Positions 56,042 through 64,000 of a stretch of DNA of 64,000 nucleotides are shown here, one piece after another (the first letter of the stretch is position 1; every line of letters begins with the position of its first letter). The translations under genes and the position numbers were made by a program. Under the pieces are notes generated by a model. That model had not been told where the DNA came from, ran no database searches, and saw only the letters and a list, made by a program, of their open reading frames with translations. The stretch spans positions 2,222,833 to 2,286,832 of the forward strand of contig OZ218778.1 of NCBI GenBank assembly GCA_965112635.1, given 5' to 3'. Source of the stretch: an uncultured bacterium. Its GTDB lineage: Bacteria; Oederibacteriota; Oederibacteriia; Oederibacteriales; Oederibacteriaceae.

Positions 56042-57094
56042 TTAATTGGCACCCAGGAAAACTTTGGATAATTTCAGGATACTTGTGTTCTTGTGGCTGT
56101 TGACGACGATGCGGGCCACCAGCTTTTTCTTGAGCGGGCCTCCCGGCCTGCCCGTAATGCGCAAAACACCGGGCCTGGCAAGGACCTCGTTCACTTTGAA
56201 CCCCTTGATGGTCCTGACCCGGTCCACGGTATTGGCCGCGCAGAACAGGTCAAAATAGACCTTTTTGTAGCACGCTGTTTCCGGCGAACTCAGCAAATAC
56301 ACGGCGTAATCGCTGCGGTCCAGTTTCACCAGCCTCACGAAAAAGGGGCTGTTCTGCGGTTCACGGATGGCAACTTGGTCGGACAATAATAAATTGTTGA
56401 TGCTGCCAAGACCGGCTTCCAGAGCAAACCCTGAACAGGACTGTTCTTTGAGGTCTCCTGAAATTTTCCTTAACTGGTTGACCATATCCTGGAACAGGCT
56501 GAGCCTGTCTTCCTCGAACTGGTCCGGCCTGTTTTTCCGGGGAGGGACCAGCAAGTAATAGGGCATTTTAAAAATCGCGCACAGGGAAGCAACACTTTTT
56601 ATTTTTTCTTCATTTATGTTCACAATTGGATAATCAGTGACGGCCGAGGGGTCCAACCTGGCCATGAAGGAGTCGATCTCAGGAAGCAGGTCCCCAAAAT
56701 AGAGCGAAAACAGCCACCTCTGCTCAACAACAATGGATAGTTCTATTTTGGGATGGGCCTGTTTTATCCGATGCAGAAGTTTCGCGTATTGCTTGAGCTC
56801 TTGTTTCGGGCACTCAAAATCAATTTGGCACCTTGGGATGTTATTGGCCTCCAAAGTTTTAAAAAATTGAGCATATTTACTTGGATTTAAATTGTTCACC
56901 TTGCCTGTGATGGGAAGGTCAGGCCAGGCGTTATCATGCCGGCTGAACAAAGTTTTCCATCTGCTGTCGTTTGGGGCAAGTTTATTGATTTCGATAAGAT
57001 AGAGGATGTTGGGCTGGGTCCCGGCCAAACAAACCGCAGAGGACGCGAAAAAGCCGAAAATGACAACAATGGCTAGTAAAATATTTTTAATCAT
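56042..57094 (-). CDS. secreted hypothetical protein
   Basis: 350 aa. The signal peptide is MIKNILLAIVVIFGFFASSAVCLA. I recognised no diagnostic motif. Confidence 0.6.
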   Translation of the reverse strand: MIKNILLAIVVIFGFFASSAVCLAGTQPNILYLIEINKLAPNDSRWKTLFSRHDNAWPDLPITGKVNNLNPSKYAQFFKTLEANNIPRCQIDFECPKQELKQYAKLLHRIKQAHPKIELSIVVEQRWLFSLYFGDLLPEIDSFMARLDPSAVTDYPIVNINEEKIKSVASLCAIFKMPYYLLVPPRKNRPDQFEEDRLSLFQDMVNQLRKISGDLKEQSCSGFALEAGLGSINNLLLSDQVAIREPQNSPFFVRLVKLDRSDYAVYLLSSPETACYKKVYFDLFCAANTVDRVRTIKGFKVNEVLARPGVLRITGRPGGPLKKKLVARIVVNSHKNTSILKLSKVFLGAN

Positions 57095-57110
57095 TAAGGC
57101 CGGCCGCAGT

Positions 57111-58166
57111 TCAATCCTTCAGTTTTAAATAAGCGTAGCGCAACAAAGACTCCGTGGTTTCCCAGCTAATGCAGGCATCCGTGATGCTGACCCCGTATTT
57201 CAACTTACTAGGCGTATTGGCCACAGCCTGCTTGCCCTCGTGGATATTACTTTCCAGCATCAGGCCCTTGAGGCAGGAAGCGCCTTGCAGGATATTGCCG
57301 ATGGACTGCCTGAATACCCCGGCCTGGTTCTTGAAATCCTTGCTGGAATTGTCATGGCTGCAATCCACTATAATGGCCCGCAACAGATGGTGCTGGGCCA
57401 GGCTGTGGTCGACCCGGACCAGGGTCTTGAGGTCAAAATTGGTCTTTCCTCCCCCGCCCCGCAGGACAATATGGGCAAAAGGGTTGCCTTTGGTGCGGAC
57501 CACCGCGCTCTGGCCATTCTGGTCAATGCCCAGGAAATGGTGCTTGTGCGTGGCGGACTGCATGGCGTTGATGGCTGCCTGGATGCTGCCGTCCGTGCTG
57601 TTCTTGAAACCGACCGGCATGGAAAGGCCGGAGGCCATTTCCCGGTGTGTCTGCGATTCTATAGTCCTGGCGCCGATGGAAGCCCAGGAGACCAGGTCAG
57701 AAAGGTACTGCGGGATGATGGGGTCGAGGGCCTCGGAAGCGCAAGCAAGTCCCATCTCGTTGATGGCCAGGAGGATGCGGCGAGCCGTGAATACGCCGGA
57801 TTTGATGTCAAAAGAACCGTTGAGCCGGGGGTCGTTGATCAAGCCTTTCCACCCTATGGTGGTCCTGGGCTTCTCAAAATAGGTGCGCAGGACCACGAAA
57901 ATACTGTCCTGGATGCCCTCTGACAGGTTTTTTAAGTGCCGGGCATAGTCCAGGATGGCTTTGGGGTCGTGGATGGAACAGGGCCCCACAATAACCATGA
58001 GCCGGTCGTCTTTTCCCGCCAGGATGGACTTGATGGTTTCCCTGCCCAAAACAACGGTCTCCAGAGCTCTGGCTGAGGCTGGGTATCTTTTTTTTACTTC
58101 GCGGGGCGAAACCAGGACATCCAGGCCGGATACATTGACGTCGTTTATCTTTAGTTTTAAAGCCAC
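57111..58166 (-). CDS. aroG: 3-deoxy-7-phosphoheptulonate (DAHP) synthase, class I (AroF/G/H type)
   Basis: 351 aa. Motifs: DDRLMVIVGPCSIHD and KPRTTIGWKGLINDP. The length is typical of class I-alpha. Confidence 0.9.
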   Translation of the reverse strand: MALKLKINDVNVSGLDVLVSPREVKKRYPASARALETVVLGRETIKSILAGKDDRLMVIVGPCSIHDPKAILDYARHLKNLSEGIQDSIFVVLRTYFEKPRTTIGWKGLINDPRLNGSFDIKSGVFTARRILLAINEMGLACASEALDPIIPQYLSDLVSWASIGARTIESQTHREMASGLSMPVGFKNSTDGSIQAAINAMQSATHKHHFLGIDQNGQSAVVRTKGNPFAHIVLRGGGGKTNFDLKTLVRVDHSLAQHHLLRAIIVDCSHDNSSKDFKNQAGVFRQSIGNILQGASCLKGLMLESNIHEGKQAVANTPSKLKYGVSITDACISWETTESLLRYAYLKLKD

Positions 58167-58190
58167 TGAACACCTCGGTTGAATGTAGAT

Positions 58191-59495
58191 CTACCTGGCG
58201 ACGACCTTGTCCAGGAGTTCAAAAAAATTGGGGAACGAAGTATTGATGCATTCCACATTATTGACCACCATTTTGTCCTCGGCCAACAAGCCGGCTATGG
58301 AAAGGGCCATGGCCATCCTGTGGTCGCCGTAGCTTTCCACGGTACCTCCCTGGAGCTGGGGCTGTCCGTGGATGATCAAACCGTCCGGCAGGACCCCGAC
58401 GCGCACCCCTATCTTGCGCAGTTCCGTGGAAAGGGCCTTGATACGGTCGGTCTCCTTGACCCGCAGTTCCTCCGCGTCGCGGATGATGGTGATGCCGTCA
58501 GCCAGGCTCGCGGCCACCGCGATGATGGGTATTTCGTCGATAAGTCTGGGGATGATATCTCCACCTATTTTTGTGCCTTTGAGCTTGGAGGCCTTGATGG
58601 TCACATCCGCTACGGGCTCGCCGCACTCTTCGTGCCGGTTCTTCATGCTGATGTCAGCGCCCATCCACCTCAATACATCAAAAAGACCTGTCCGGGTAGG
58701 GTTGACCCCCAGCCCCTCGATGGTGAGCTCGGAACGCTTGAGCAGCGCTGCCGCGACCATAAAGAACGCCGCCGAAGAAATGTCTCCCGGCACCGCGATC
58801 TTCCTGCCCAGGAGCTTGGGCTGGCCGGTCACGGTCACGGACAAACCCTCTCTGGTCACTTCGGCCCCAAAAGCCTCCAGCATCCTCTCGGTATGGTCCC
58901 GCGACGCCATGGGCTCGGTCACCTTGGTCCTGCCTTCCGCGTAAAGGCCAGCCAGCAGGATGGAAGATTTGACCTGAGCGCTGGCTATGGAAAGGTTATA
59001 GTCGATGGGCCTCAATCTCGCGCCCTGGACAGTCAATGGCGCGTATTCTCCGTCGTTGTCGCCCCTGATGTTCGCACCCATCTCCCGCAAGGGCGCGACC
59101 ACGCGCATCATCGGACGCTTGTTAAGGGACTCGTCGCCGCTGATGGCGGTGGTGATGTTCAGTCCGGAAAGGATGCCCAGCATCAGCCGCATGGTCGTGC
59201 CGGAGTTCCCCGCGTAAAGGTCGTGCTGGGGCTGGGTCAGGCCGTGAAGACCCTTGCCCTGGATGAGCATCTCCCCTTTTTCGCTGTCCGTGATCTCCAC
59301 CCCCAGGTCCTTGAATATCTGGACGGTCCGCAGGCAATCTTCCCCGTTCAAAAAACCGGTCACCGCGGTCTGTCCTTCGCTGATGCCGCCAAAAATGACG
59401 GCGCGGTGCGAGATGGACTTGTCGCCGGGCACCCTGATGCTGCCCGACACTTTTTTGGCCGGCGCGATCTCTACCGTATTATTCTCTGCGCTCAC
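58191..59495 (-). CDS. aroA: 3-phosphoshikimate 1-carboxyvinyltransferase (EPSP synthase)
   Basis: AroA blocks present: IRVPGDKSISHR, LYAGNSGTTMRL and others. I prefer the GTG at 59495, which overlaps the tyrA stop as GTGA and gives about 435 aa. The ATG at 59576 in the track would overlap tyrA by 85 nt. Confidence 0.92.
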   Translation of the reverse strand: MSAENNTVEIAPAKKVSGSIRVPGDKSISHRAVIFGGISEGQTAVTGFLNGEDCLRTVQIFKDLGVEITDSEKGEMLIQGKGLHGLTQPQHDLYAGNSGTTMRLMLGILSGLNITTAISGDESLNKRPMMRVVAPLREMGANIRGDNDGEYAPLTVQGARLRPIDYNLSIASAQVKSSILLAGLYAEGRTKVTEPMASRDHTERMLEAFGAEVTREGLSVTVTGQPKLLGRKIAVPGDISSAAFFMVAAALLKRSELTIEGLGVNPTRTGLFDVLRWMGADISMKNRHEECGEPVADVTIKASKLKGTKIGGDIIPRLIDEIPIIAVAASLADGITIIRDAEELRVKETDRIKALSTELRKIGVRVGVLPDGLIIHGQPQLQGGTVESYGDHRMAMALSIAGLLAEDKMVVNNVECINTSFPNFFELLDKVVAR

Positions 59496-60363
59496 AGGCT
59501 TCTCCTGAATTGGCTCGTTTTCTTGAACTCCCGGACAATAGCCGGGCCGTTGCCTGACTTTAATAACGCTTTCCATTTTTTCAGGTCAGCCTCAAAAATA
59601 CCCAAAGCAGACAGAAGGGCCTCCCTGTTGGTCAGCAGGATATCCCTCCACATGGCCGGGTCGCTGGCGGCGACTCTGGTAGTATCCCGAAAACCCGTTG
59701 AGACCAGTTTTAATATCTGTCCATCGCCGGCCTTTTTCCGGCGTAAAATTTCCGCCAGGATAGATGCCGCCAGATGGGGCAAGTGGCTGGTCAGAGCGAT
59801 GCGCCGGTCATGATCAGCGGCCGGCATGATAAGGGTGCGGCAGCCTGCCTTCTCCCACATCCGCCGGACCCTGGAAACGGCAAGCGGGTTGGAACCGGGA
59901 CCAGGCGTGACAACGCAGAGGCTGTCCTTAAAAAGGTCAACCTGAGAATTCCGGATGCCCGCCTTTTCCGAACCGGCCATGGGATGCGCTCCCACAAAAA
60001 ACAGTTTTTGGGGACAAGGCGCTGCGCTTTACCGGCCATTATTTTTTTGGTGCTGCCGCAGTCTGTCACGATAGTGCCGGGTTTAAGGTAAGGAGCTATC
60101 CTGGCGATGATCTTCAAGGAATCAAGGATAGGCGCGCTGACGACCACCACGGAAGCGTCCTTGACAGCGCTCAAGTCGGTGGTGGCCTGGTGGCAGGCTT
60201 TTAAAGCCAGGGCGATACGAAGTTTTTTGGGATTGCGGCCGATAACCATGACCTTTTTAGCCCAATGTTCTTTCACCAATACCCGGCCCAAAGAGCCTCC
60301 GATCAAACCCGCTCCAATGATAGCCACAACTGGTTTTTGCATGTTCCCGCCTTTTTTCTTCAC
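59492..60363 (-). pseudogene. tyrA: prephenate dehydrogenase TyrA, split by a frameshift in a homopolymer
   Basis: The N-terminal part with the Rossmann motif VAIIGAGLIGGS is in frame with ORF 59791..60363. The C-terminal part (V)GAHPMAGSEKAG... is in frame with ORF 59492..59995. The switch point is the A6 run at 59996-60001 (T6 on the coding strand). One extra T would restore ...NCFFVGAHPMAGSE.... Confidence 0.85.
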
Positions 60364-60379
60364 GGCTTTCGCATTCTCC

Positions 60380-61465
60380 CTATAAAACAGCCCGTAAACT
60401 ATCCAGCAGTTTTTTATCTTGGCCCGCAGTGCCTATGGTCACCCGGATGTGCCTGGCGCTGACAGGCCTGACGATAACCCCGTTTTTCATCAGTTTTTCA
60501 AACACAATCTTACTAGAAATCGGCAATTCCACAAAAATAAAGTTCGCGTAAGTCCGGGTAAAAGTTAACCCCATTTTAGCAAAACCTTCCGACAAAAACC
60601 TCTTGCCCTGGTCGTTTGTCCTTAAAACTTTTTTTTGGTAACTGGCATCGGTCAAAGCCGCTCTGGCCGCGCACTGGGCCAGATGATCCACATTAAAAGG
60701 CTGTCTGACTTTTTCCAGGTATCCAATGATCTCTTGGGGGGCGATGCCATAGCCTACCCTAAGACCCGCCAGGCCGTAATATTTGGAAAATGTTTTGAGG
60801 ACAATGATCGGCACCGGGCCCGGAATATAATGAAGTCCGGAGTAAAAATCTTTAGGAGGCGCATATTCCCCATAAGCTTCGTCGAACACCATGAGGCATT
60901 GCGGGTTTTTGCGTTTAACGGACGCGACAATAAAGTCCAGCTCTCCCCTGCTTAACAAGGTGCCGGTGGGATTGTTGGGGTTGCACAGGATAAGGAGCTT
61001 GGTCTTTTTGGTGACCAGGCCTGCTAACCTCTCAGGGTCATGGCGGTGCTGCCTGGCCGGAGCGGCCTTTGCTTTGGCCCCCATCAGGCCGGCCATGGTG
61101 GTATAGACCACGAAACTCTCAGCTGAGAAAACGACTTCGTCTCCGGGGTCCAGAAAAGCCAGGGCCAGCAGGATGAGCAGCTCGTTGGAACCGTTCCCGA
61201 ACACTAAACATTCCGGGCGTACCTTCCATTTTTTCGACAAAGCCTGGCGCAAGTCCGGGCAATCGCCCTCAGGATAATAATGGATGTTCTTGAGGTTCTC
61301 TTTTATGGCCCGGAGCGCCTTGGGGGAAGGTCCTAAAGGGTTCTCATTGGAAGCCAGCTTGATGACATCCCGCAGGCCGTACTTCTTTTTTACCTTTTGA
61401 ATGGGCATGCCCGGCACATAAATTTCCAGGGAAGCGAGCGCGGGCCTTGCCAACCTAGGGTTCAA
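60380..61465 (-). CDS. hisC: histidinol-phosphate / aromatic aminotransferase (class II)
   Basis: 361 aa. Motifs: KLASNENPLGPSP, NPNNPTG and the PLP-Lys region LKTFSKYYGLAGLRVGY. Confidence 0.88.
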   Translation of the reverse strand: MNPRLARPALASLEIYVPGMPIQKVKKKYGLRDVIKLASNENPLGPSPKALRAIKENLKNIHYYPEGDCPDLRQALSKKWKVRPECLVFGNGSNELLILLALAFLDPGDEVVFSAESFVVYTTMAGLMGAKAKAAPARQHRHDPERLAGLVTKKTKLLILCNPNNPTGTLLSRGELDFIVASVKRKNPQCLMVFDEAYGEYAPPKDFYSGLHYIPGPVPIIVLKTFSKYYGLAGLRVGYGIAPQEIIGYLEKVRQPFNVDHLAQCAARAALTDASYQKKVLRTNDQGKRFLSEGFAKMGLTFTRTYANFIFVELPISSKIVFEKLMKNGVIVRPVSARHIRVTIGTAGQDKKLLDSLRAVL

Positions 61466-61496
61466 GGGTGTTTTTCCTTTTTAAGAATGGCTGAGT

Positions 61497-62573
61497 TTAC
61501 AAGTTCGCCTGGGGATAAGAACCGAGGATCTTCAGGAACAGGCATTTCCGCTCCAGCTCCTTGATCGCTTTGGCTATTTTTTTGTCCTGCCTGTGGCCCA
61601 ACATGTCGATGAAAAAATAATAGTCCCAGGCCTTTTTCTTGGACGGCCTGGACTCAATGCTGGTCAGGTTGATGGTGTTCTTGCGAAAGGGCAAAAGCAT
61701 GTCATACAGGGCTCCGACCTTGTCCTTGATGGAGAACATGATGGAGGTCTTGTCGCACCCGGCCGGCTCGCTGTCGTTGCAGCTGATGACGAAGAACCGC
61801 GTGACGTTGCTGGACGAATCCTCGATGTTCTTGGCCAGGACGCTCAGGCCCCACTTCCTGGCGGCCAACTCAGGGCAGATCGCGGCGCTCTGGGGGTCAT
61901 GGGCCGCGAGCTCGGCGGCCTTGGCATTATTGGAAACCTCGATGAGCTCGGCGCCGCGCATGTTCTCCTCCAGCCACTCCCGGCACTGGCCAAAGGACTG
62001 GGGGTGCGAATAGATCTTTTTAATTTTGCCTATGTTCCCGCTTTTGGCGGCCAGAAAATGATGCACTTCGAGCAGGATCTCCGCGCAGATCATCAAAGAG
62101 GAATCCATGAACATGTCCAAAGTATGGTTGACGACGCCTTCGGTCGTGTTCTCGATGGGGACCACGCCGCAGGTGACCCTGCCCTTTTCCACTTCGGCAA
62201 AAACCTCGGCAATGGTCATGCAGGCATGGTAGTGGGTGGAATGGCCGAACCGCCGGATGGCTGCCTGATGGGTAAAAGAAGTTTCCGGTCCGAAATAAGC
62301 CACGGAAAAAGGGCTCTGGAGGCTGCGGGCCGCCGACATGATCTCGGCGTAAATGGAGGTCAAGGAATCGTTCTTGACGGGCCCGCGGTTGGAACCGGTC
62401 AGCCTTTTGATGACCTGTTTTTCACGGGGATCGGAAAAAATAGGGGTATGGTTCAGGCTTTTCAATCTTCCGATGCTGAGGGAAGCCGTGACGCGGTCGT
62501 TCAGGAGCCCCAGGATACGGTCGTCGATCTCATTGATCTTTTTGCGCCAAAATTGAAGGTTTTTGTCGGTCAT
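61497..62573 (-). CDS. pheA: bifunctional chorismate mutase / prephenate dehydratase (P-protein)
   Basis: 358 aa. The N-terminal chorismate mutase helix region is RKKINEIDDRILGLLNDR. The PDT core contains VAYFGPETSFTHQAA. The ACT domain contains TSIMFSIKDKVGALYDML...ESRP. Confidence 0.92.
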   Translation of the reverse strand: MTDKNLQFWRKKINEIDDRILGLLNDRVTASLSIGRLKSLNHTPIFSDPREKQVIKRLTGSNRGPVKNDSLTSIYAEIMSAARSLQSPFSVAYFGPETSFTHQAAIRRFGHSTHYHACMTIAEVFAEVEKGRVTCGVVPIENTTEGVVNHTLDMFMDSSLMICAEILLEVHHFLAAKSGNIGKIKKIYSHPQSFGQCREWLEENMRGAELIEVSNNAKAAELAAHDPQSAAICPELAARKWGLSVLAKNIEDSSSNVTRFFVISCNDSEPAGCDKTSIMFSIKDKVGALYDMLLPFRKNTINLTSIESRPSKKKAWDYYFFIDMLGHRQDKKIAKAIKELERKCLFLKILGSYPQANL

Positions 62574-63784
62574 TTATCCCGCTTTCTTTTGGCCAGGTCT
62601 GGGGCGACTTGGTCCAAAATAATATCAGCAACCTGGTCTTTGGGGAGGACAGGATAGCTTTTGGCCTGTCCGTCCTTTTTGATGATGGTCACCTTATTAT
62701 AATCGCTTCCAAACCCCGTTTCCATCGAATCTATGGGATTGGCCACGATAAAGTCCAGTTTTTTGTTTTTTATTTTGGCCTTGGCGTTTTTGACCAGGTC
62801 CGCTTCGTTCTCGGCCGTGAACCCCACTAATAAATTGGACCTGTTGGTCTTGCCTAATTCCGCGAGAATATCCTCGTTTTGCACCAGCTTGAGATCGACA
62901 GTAAGGGCTAATTTTTTGAATTTTGTTTTTAATTTTTCCTGGGGCCTGTAATCCATCACAGCGGCGGACATGATGATGACCTTATGATTTTCCCTGTTCT
63001 TAAAGACCTGGGTTTTCATTTCCGCGGCGCTCTGAACAGGGATAAATTTGACCCCTGCGGGCGCTTCCAGATTGGTCGGCCCGCTGATCAGGGTGACCTT
63101 GGCCCCCCTCTGCTGAGCGGCCCTGGCCAGGGCATACCCCATTTTGCCCGACGAACGGTTGGTAAAATACCTTATCGGGTCCCAGGCTTCCACAGTGGGG
63201 CCCGCCGTGACCAGCACCGAAAAATTATTCAGGTCTTTTTTTTTACTGAAGAATTTTAAGACCGCGTCCACGATCTCGGCGGGCTCCAAGAACCGGCCTT
63301 CACCTGATTCGCCGCTGGCCAAAGGCCCGGAATGGGGCCCTAAAAAAGAGCAGCCGCGGGACTTGAGCAAAGCGATATTCTGCTGGGTCACGGCGTTCTG
63401 GTACATCCTGGTATTCATGGCCGGGACCATAAAGATCGGCGCCAAGGTGTCCAGCGCGACGAGGGAAACTGGATCATCAGCCAAGCCGTGGGTTATTTTG
63501 GCAATGATATTCGCGGTCGCCGGCGCTATCAAATAAAGGTCCGCGTTGATCGCAAAAGAGATGTGGTCCATTTTCCAGGCATCCGGACCATCCACGACCT
63601 GATGGTAGACGGGCCTTTGGGACAAGGCGGCCAAGGTCAGCGGCGTGATAAAGGCTTCCGCGGACCTGGTCATGGCCACCATCACCTCGGCCTTGTGCTT
63701 TCGCAAACTTCTGACCACATCAACAGCCTTATAAGCGGCGATACTGCCGGTAATGCCGACGATGATGCGTTTCCCCTCTAACAT
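62570..63784 (-). CDS. coaBC: bifunctional phosphopantothenoylcysteine decarboxylase / phosphopantothenate-cysteine ligase
   Basis: 404 aa. Motifs: GKRIIVGITGSIAAYKA, PAMNTRMY and ITNRSSGKMG-like FTNRSSGKMG. Its stop overlaps the pheA start as ATGA. Confidence 0.93.
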   Translation of the reverse strand: MLEGKRIIVGITGSIAAYKAVDVVRSLRKHKAEVMVAMTRSAEAFITPLTLAALSQRPVYHQVVDGPDAWKMDHISFAINADLYLIAPATANIIAKITHGLADDPVSLVALDTLAPIFMVPAMNTRMYQNAVTQQNIALLKSRGCSFLGPHSGPLASGESGEGRFLEPAEIVDAVLKFFSKKKDLNNFSVLVTAGPTVEAWDPIRYFTNRSSGKMGYALARAAQQRGAKVTLISGPTNLEAPAGVKFIPVQSAAEMKTQVFKNRENHKVIIMSAAVMDYRPQEKLKTKFKKLALTVDLKLVQNEDILAELGKTNRSNLLVGFTAENEADLVKNAKAKIKNKKLDFIVANPIDSMETGFGSDYNKVTIIKKDGQAKSYPVLPKDQVADIILDQVAPDLAKRKRDK

Positions 63785-63801
63785 GGCTTCTCCTGGAGTG
63801 G

Positions 63802-64000
63802 CTACAAAATTTCCCTGGCTTGGTTATCCCAGATGGTGCCAGGGTATTCCTTGCTTACTTGTTCCAATGTTTGTTTGGCTTTAGCTTTTTCCCCGCTGTT
63901 CAACAGGCAAAGGCCTTCGTGGTATAAAGCCTCGGCTTTCCACAACTTTGCCCCGCCTTCAAAATTCCTGGTTTGTTCCAGGATATCTATAGCCTTGCGA
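63802..64000 (-). CDS. C-terminal fragment of a TPR protein (YbgF/CpoB-like); the 5' part lies beyond the right edge
   Basis: My own translation of the rc reads ...AKLWKAEALYHEGLCLLNSGEKAKAKQTLEQVSKEYPGTIWDNQAREIL*. The TAG stop is at 63802-63804. Confidence 0.5.
   Translation of the reverse strand, partial: RKAIDILEQTRNFEGGAKLWKAEALYHEGLCLLNSGEKAKAKQTLEQVSKEYPGTIWDNQAREIL

Noticed and set aside
58179-59813. 544-aa + strand ORF, plus further long shadow ORFs opposite pheA (61593..62657), the TAXI-like gene (24781..25557) and the URO-D-like gene (6181..7029)
   Set aside because: Each lies opposite a gene with clear family motifs (aroA/tyrA, pheA and others). Their composition is the typical antisense pattern, rich in R, G, L, H, V, A and D.

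Overview
Bacterial chromosomal window, apparently from an uncultivated, metagenome-type lineage. It uses the standard genetic code and is about 90% coding, with roughly 65 genes and 2 tRNAs. I saw no rRNA, CRISPR array, transposase or phage gene. All product calls are motif matches made by eye.

Layout:
(1) 1-36.8 kb, GC-rich. It starts with the first ~1,100 codons of a giant repeat protein on the minus strand; the ORF track misses it because it runs off the left edge. Then come an MBL hydrolase, mutL, an unassigned TIM-barrel-like gene and miaA, followed by a 2.36-kb stretch with no credible ORF. After that lies an accessory-looking block: a membrane-anchored wHTH protein, small membrane ORFs, and a translationally coupled Sel1 / Sel1-caspase / HEAT / ParB-like operon. 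The block continues with a secreted beta-helix protein carrying a T9SS-like tail, an OMP, GH32, flavodoxin-DUF1330-DUF2779, a TAXI-like protein and VIT1. A duplicated [FCS/TRASH zinc-ribbon membrane protein + DoxX] module flanks an AKR-like gene and GH10, followed by GH3 and thiC.
(2) 36.8-50.6 kb, a strikingly AT-rich block of core genes: pgsA, der, plsY, gpsA, HU/IHF, MerR, gmk, yicC, scpA, scpB, xerD, tRNA-Thr, tRNA-Leu, rpsA, plsC and cmk.
(3) 50.8-64 kb, GC-rich again. It holds a secreted PQQ-propeller protein with a T9SS-like tail, secreted hypotheticals and an SDR. Then comes the aromatic amino-acid cluster aroG-aroA-tyrA(frameshifted)-hisC-pheA, followed by coaBC and a TPR fragment.

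Best leads:
- the ORF-free 8286-10646 region, with dispersed repeat families and a GC-rich self-complementary block;
- the secreted Sel1-caspase/HEAT/ParB-like operon, together with a shared leader motif and short uORFs;
- the HicB-like domain fused to the giant repeat protein;
- the compositional trough over core genes;
- an iteron-like TTAGGTCAAA array in front of a near-leaderless promoter;
- three gene-integrity anomalies: the tyrA frameshift, gpsA without a canonical start, and an in-frame TAG in a small membrane gene.

Nothing here can be assigned to a known defence or mobile system from sequence alone.
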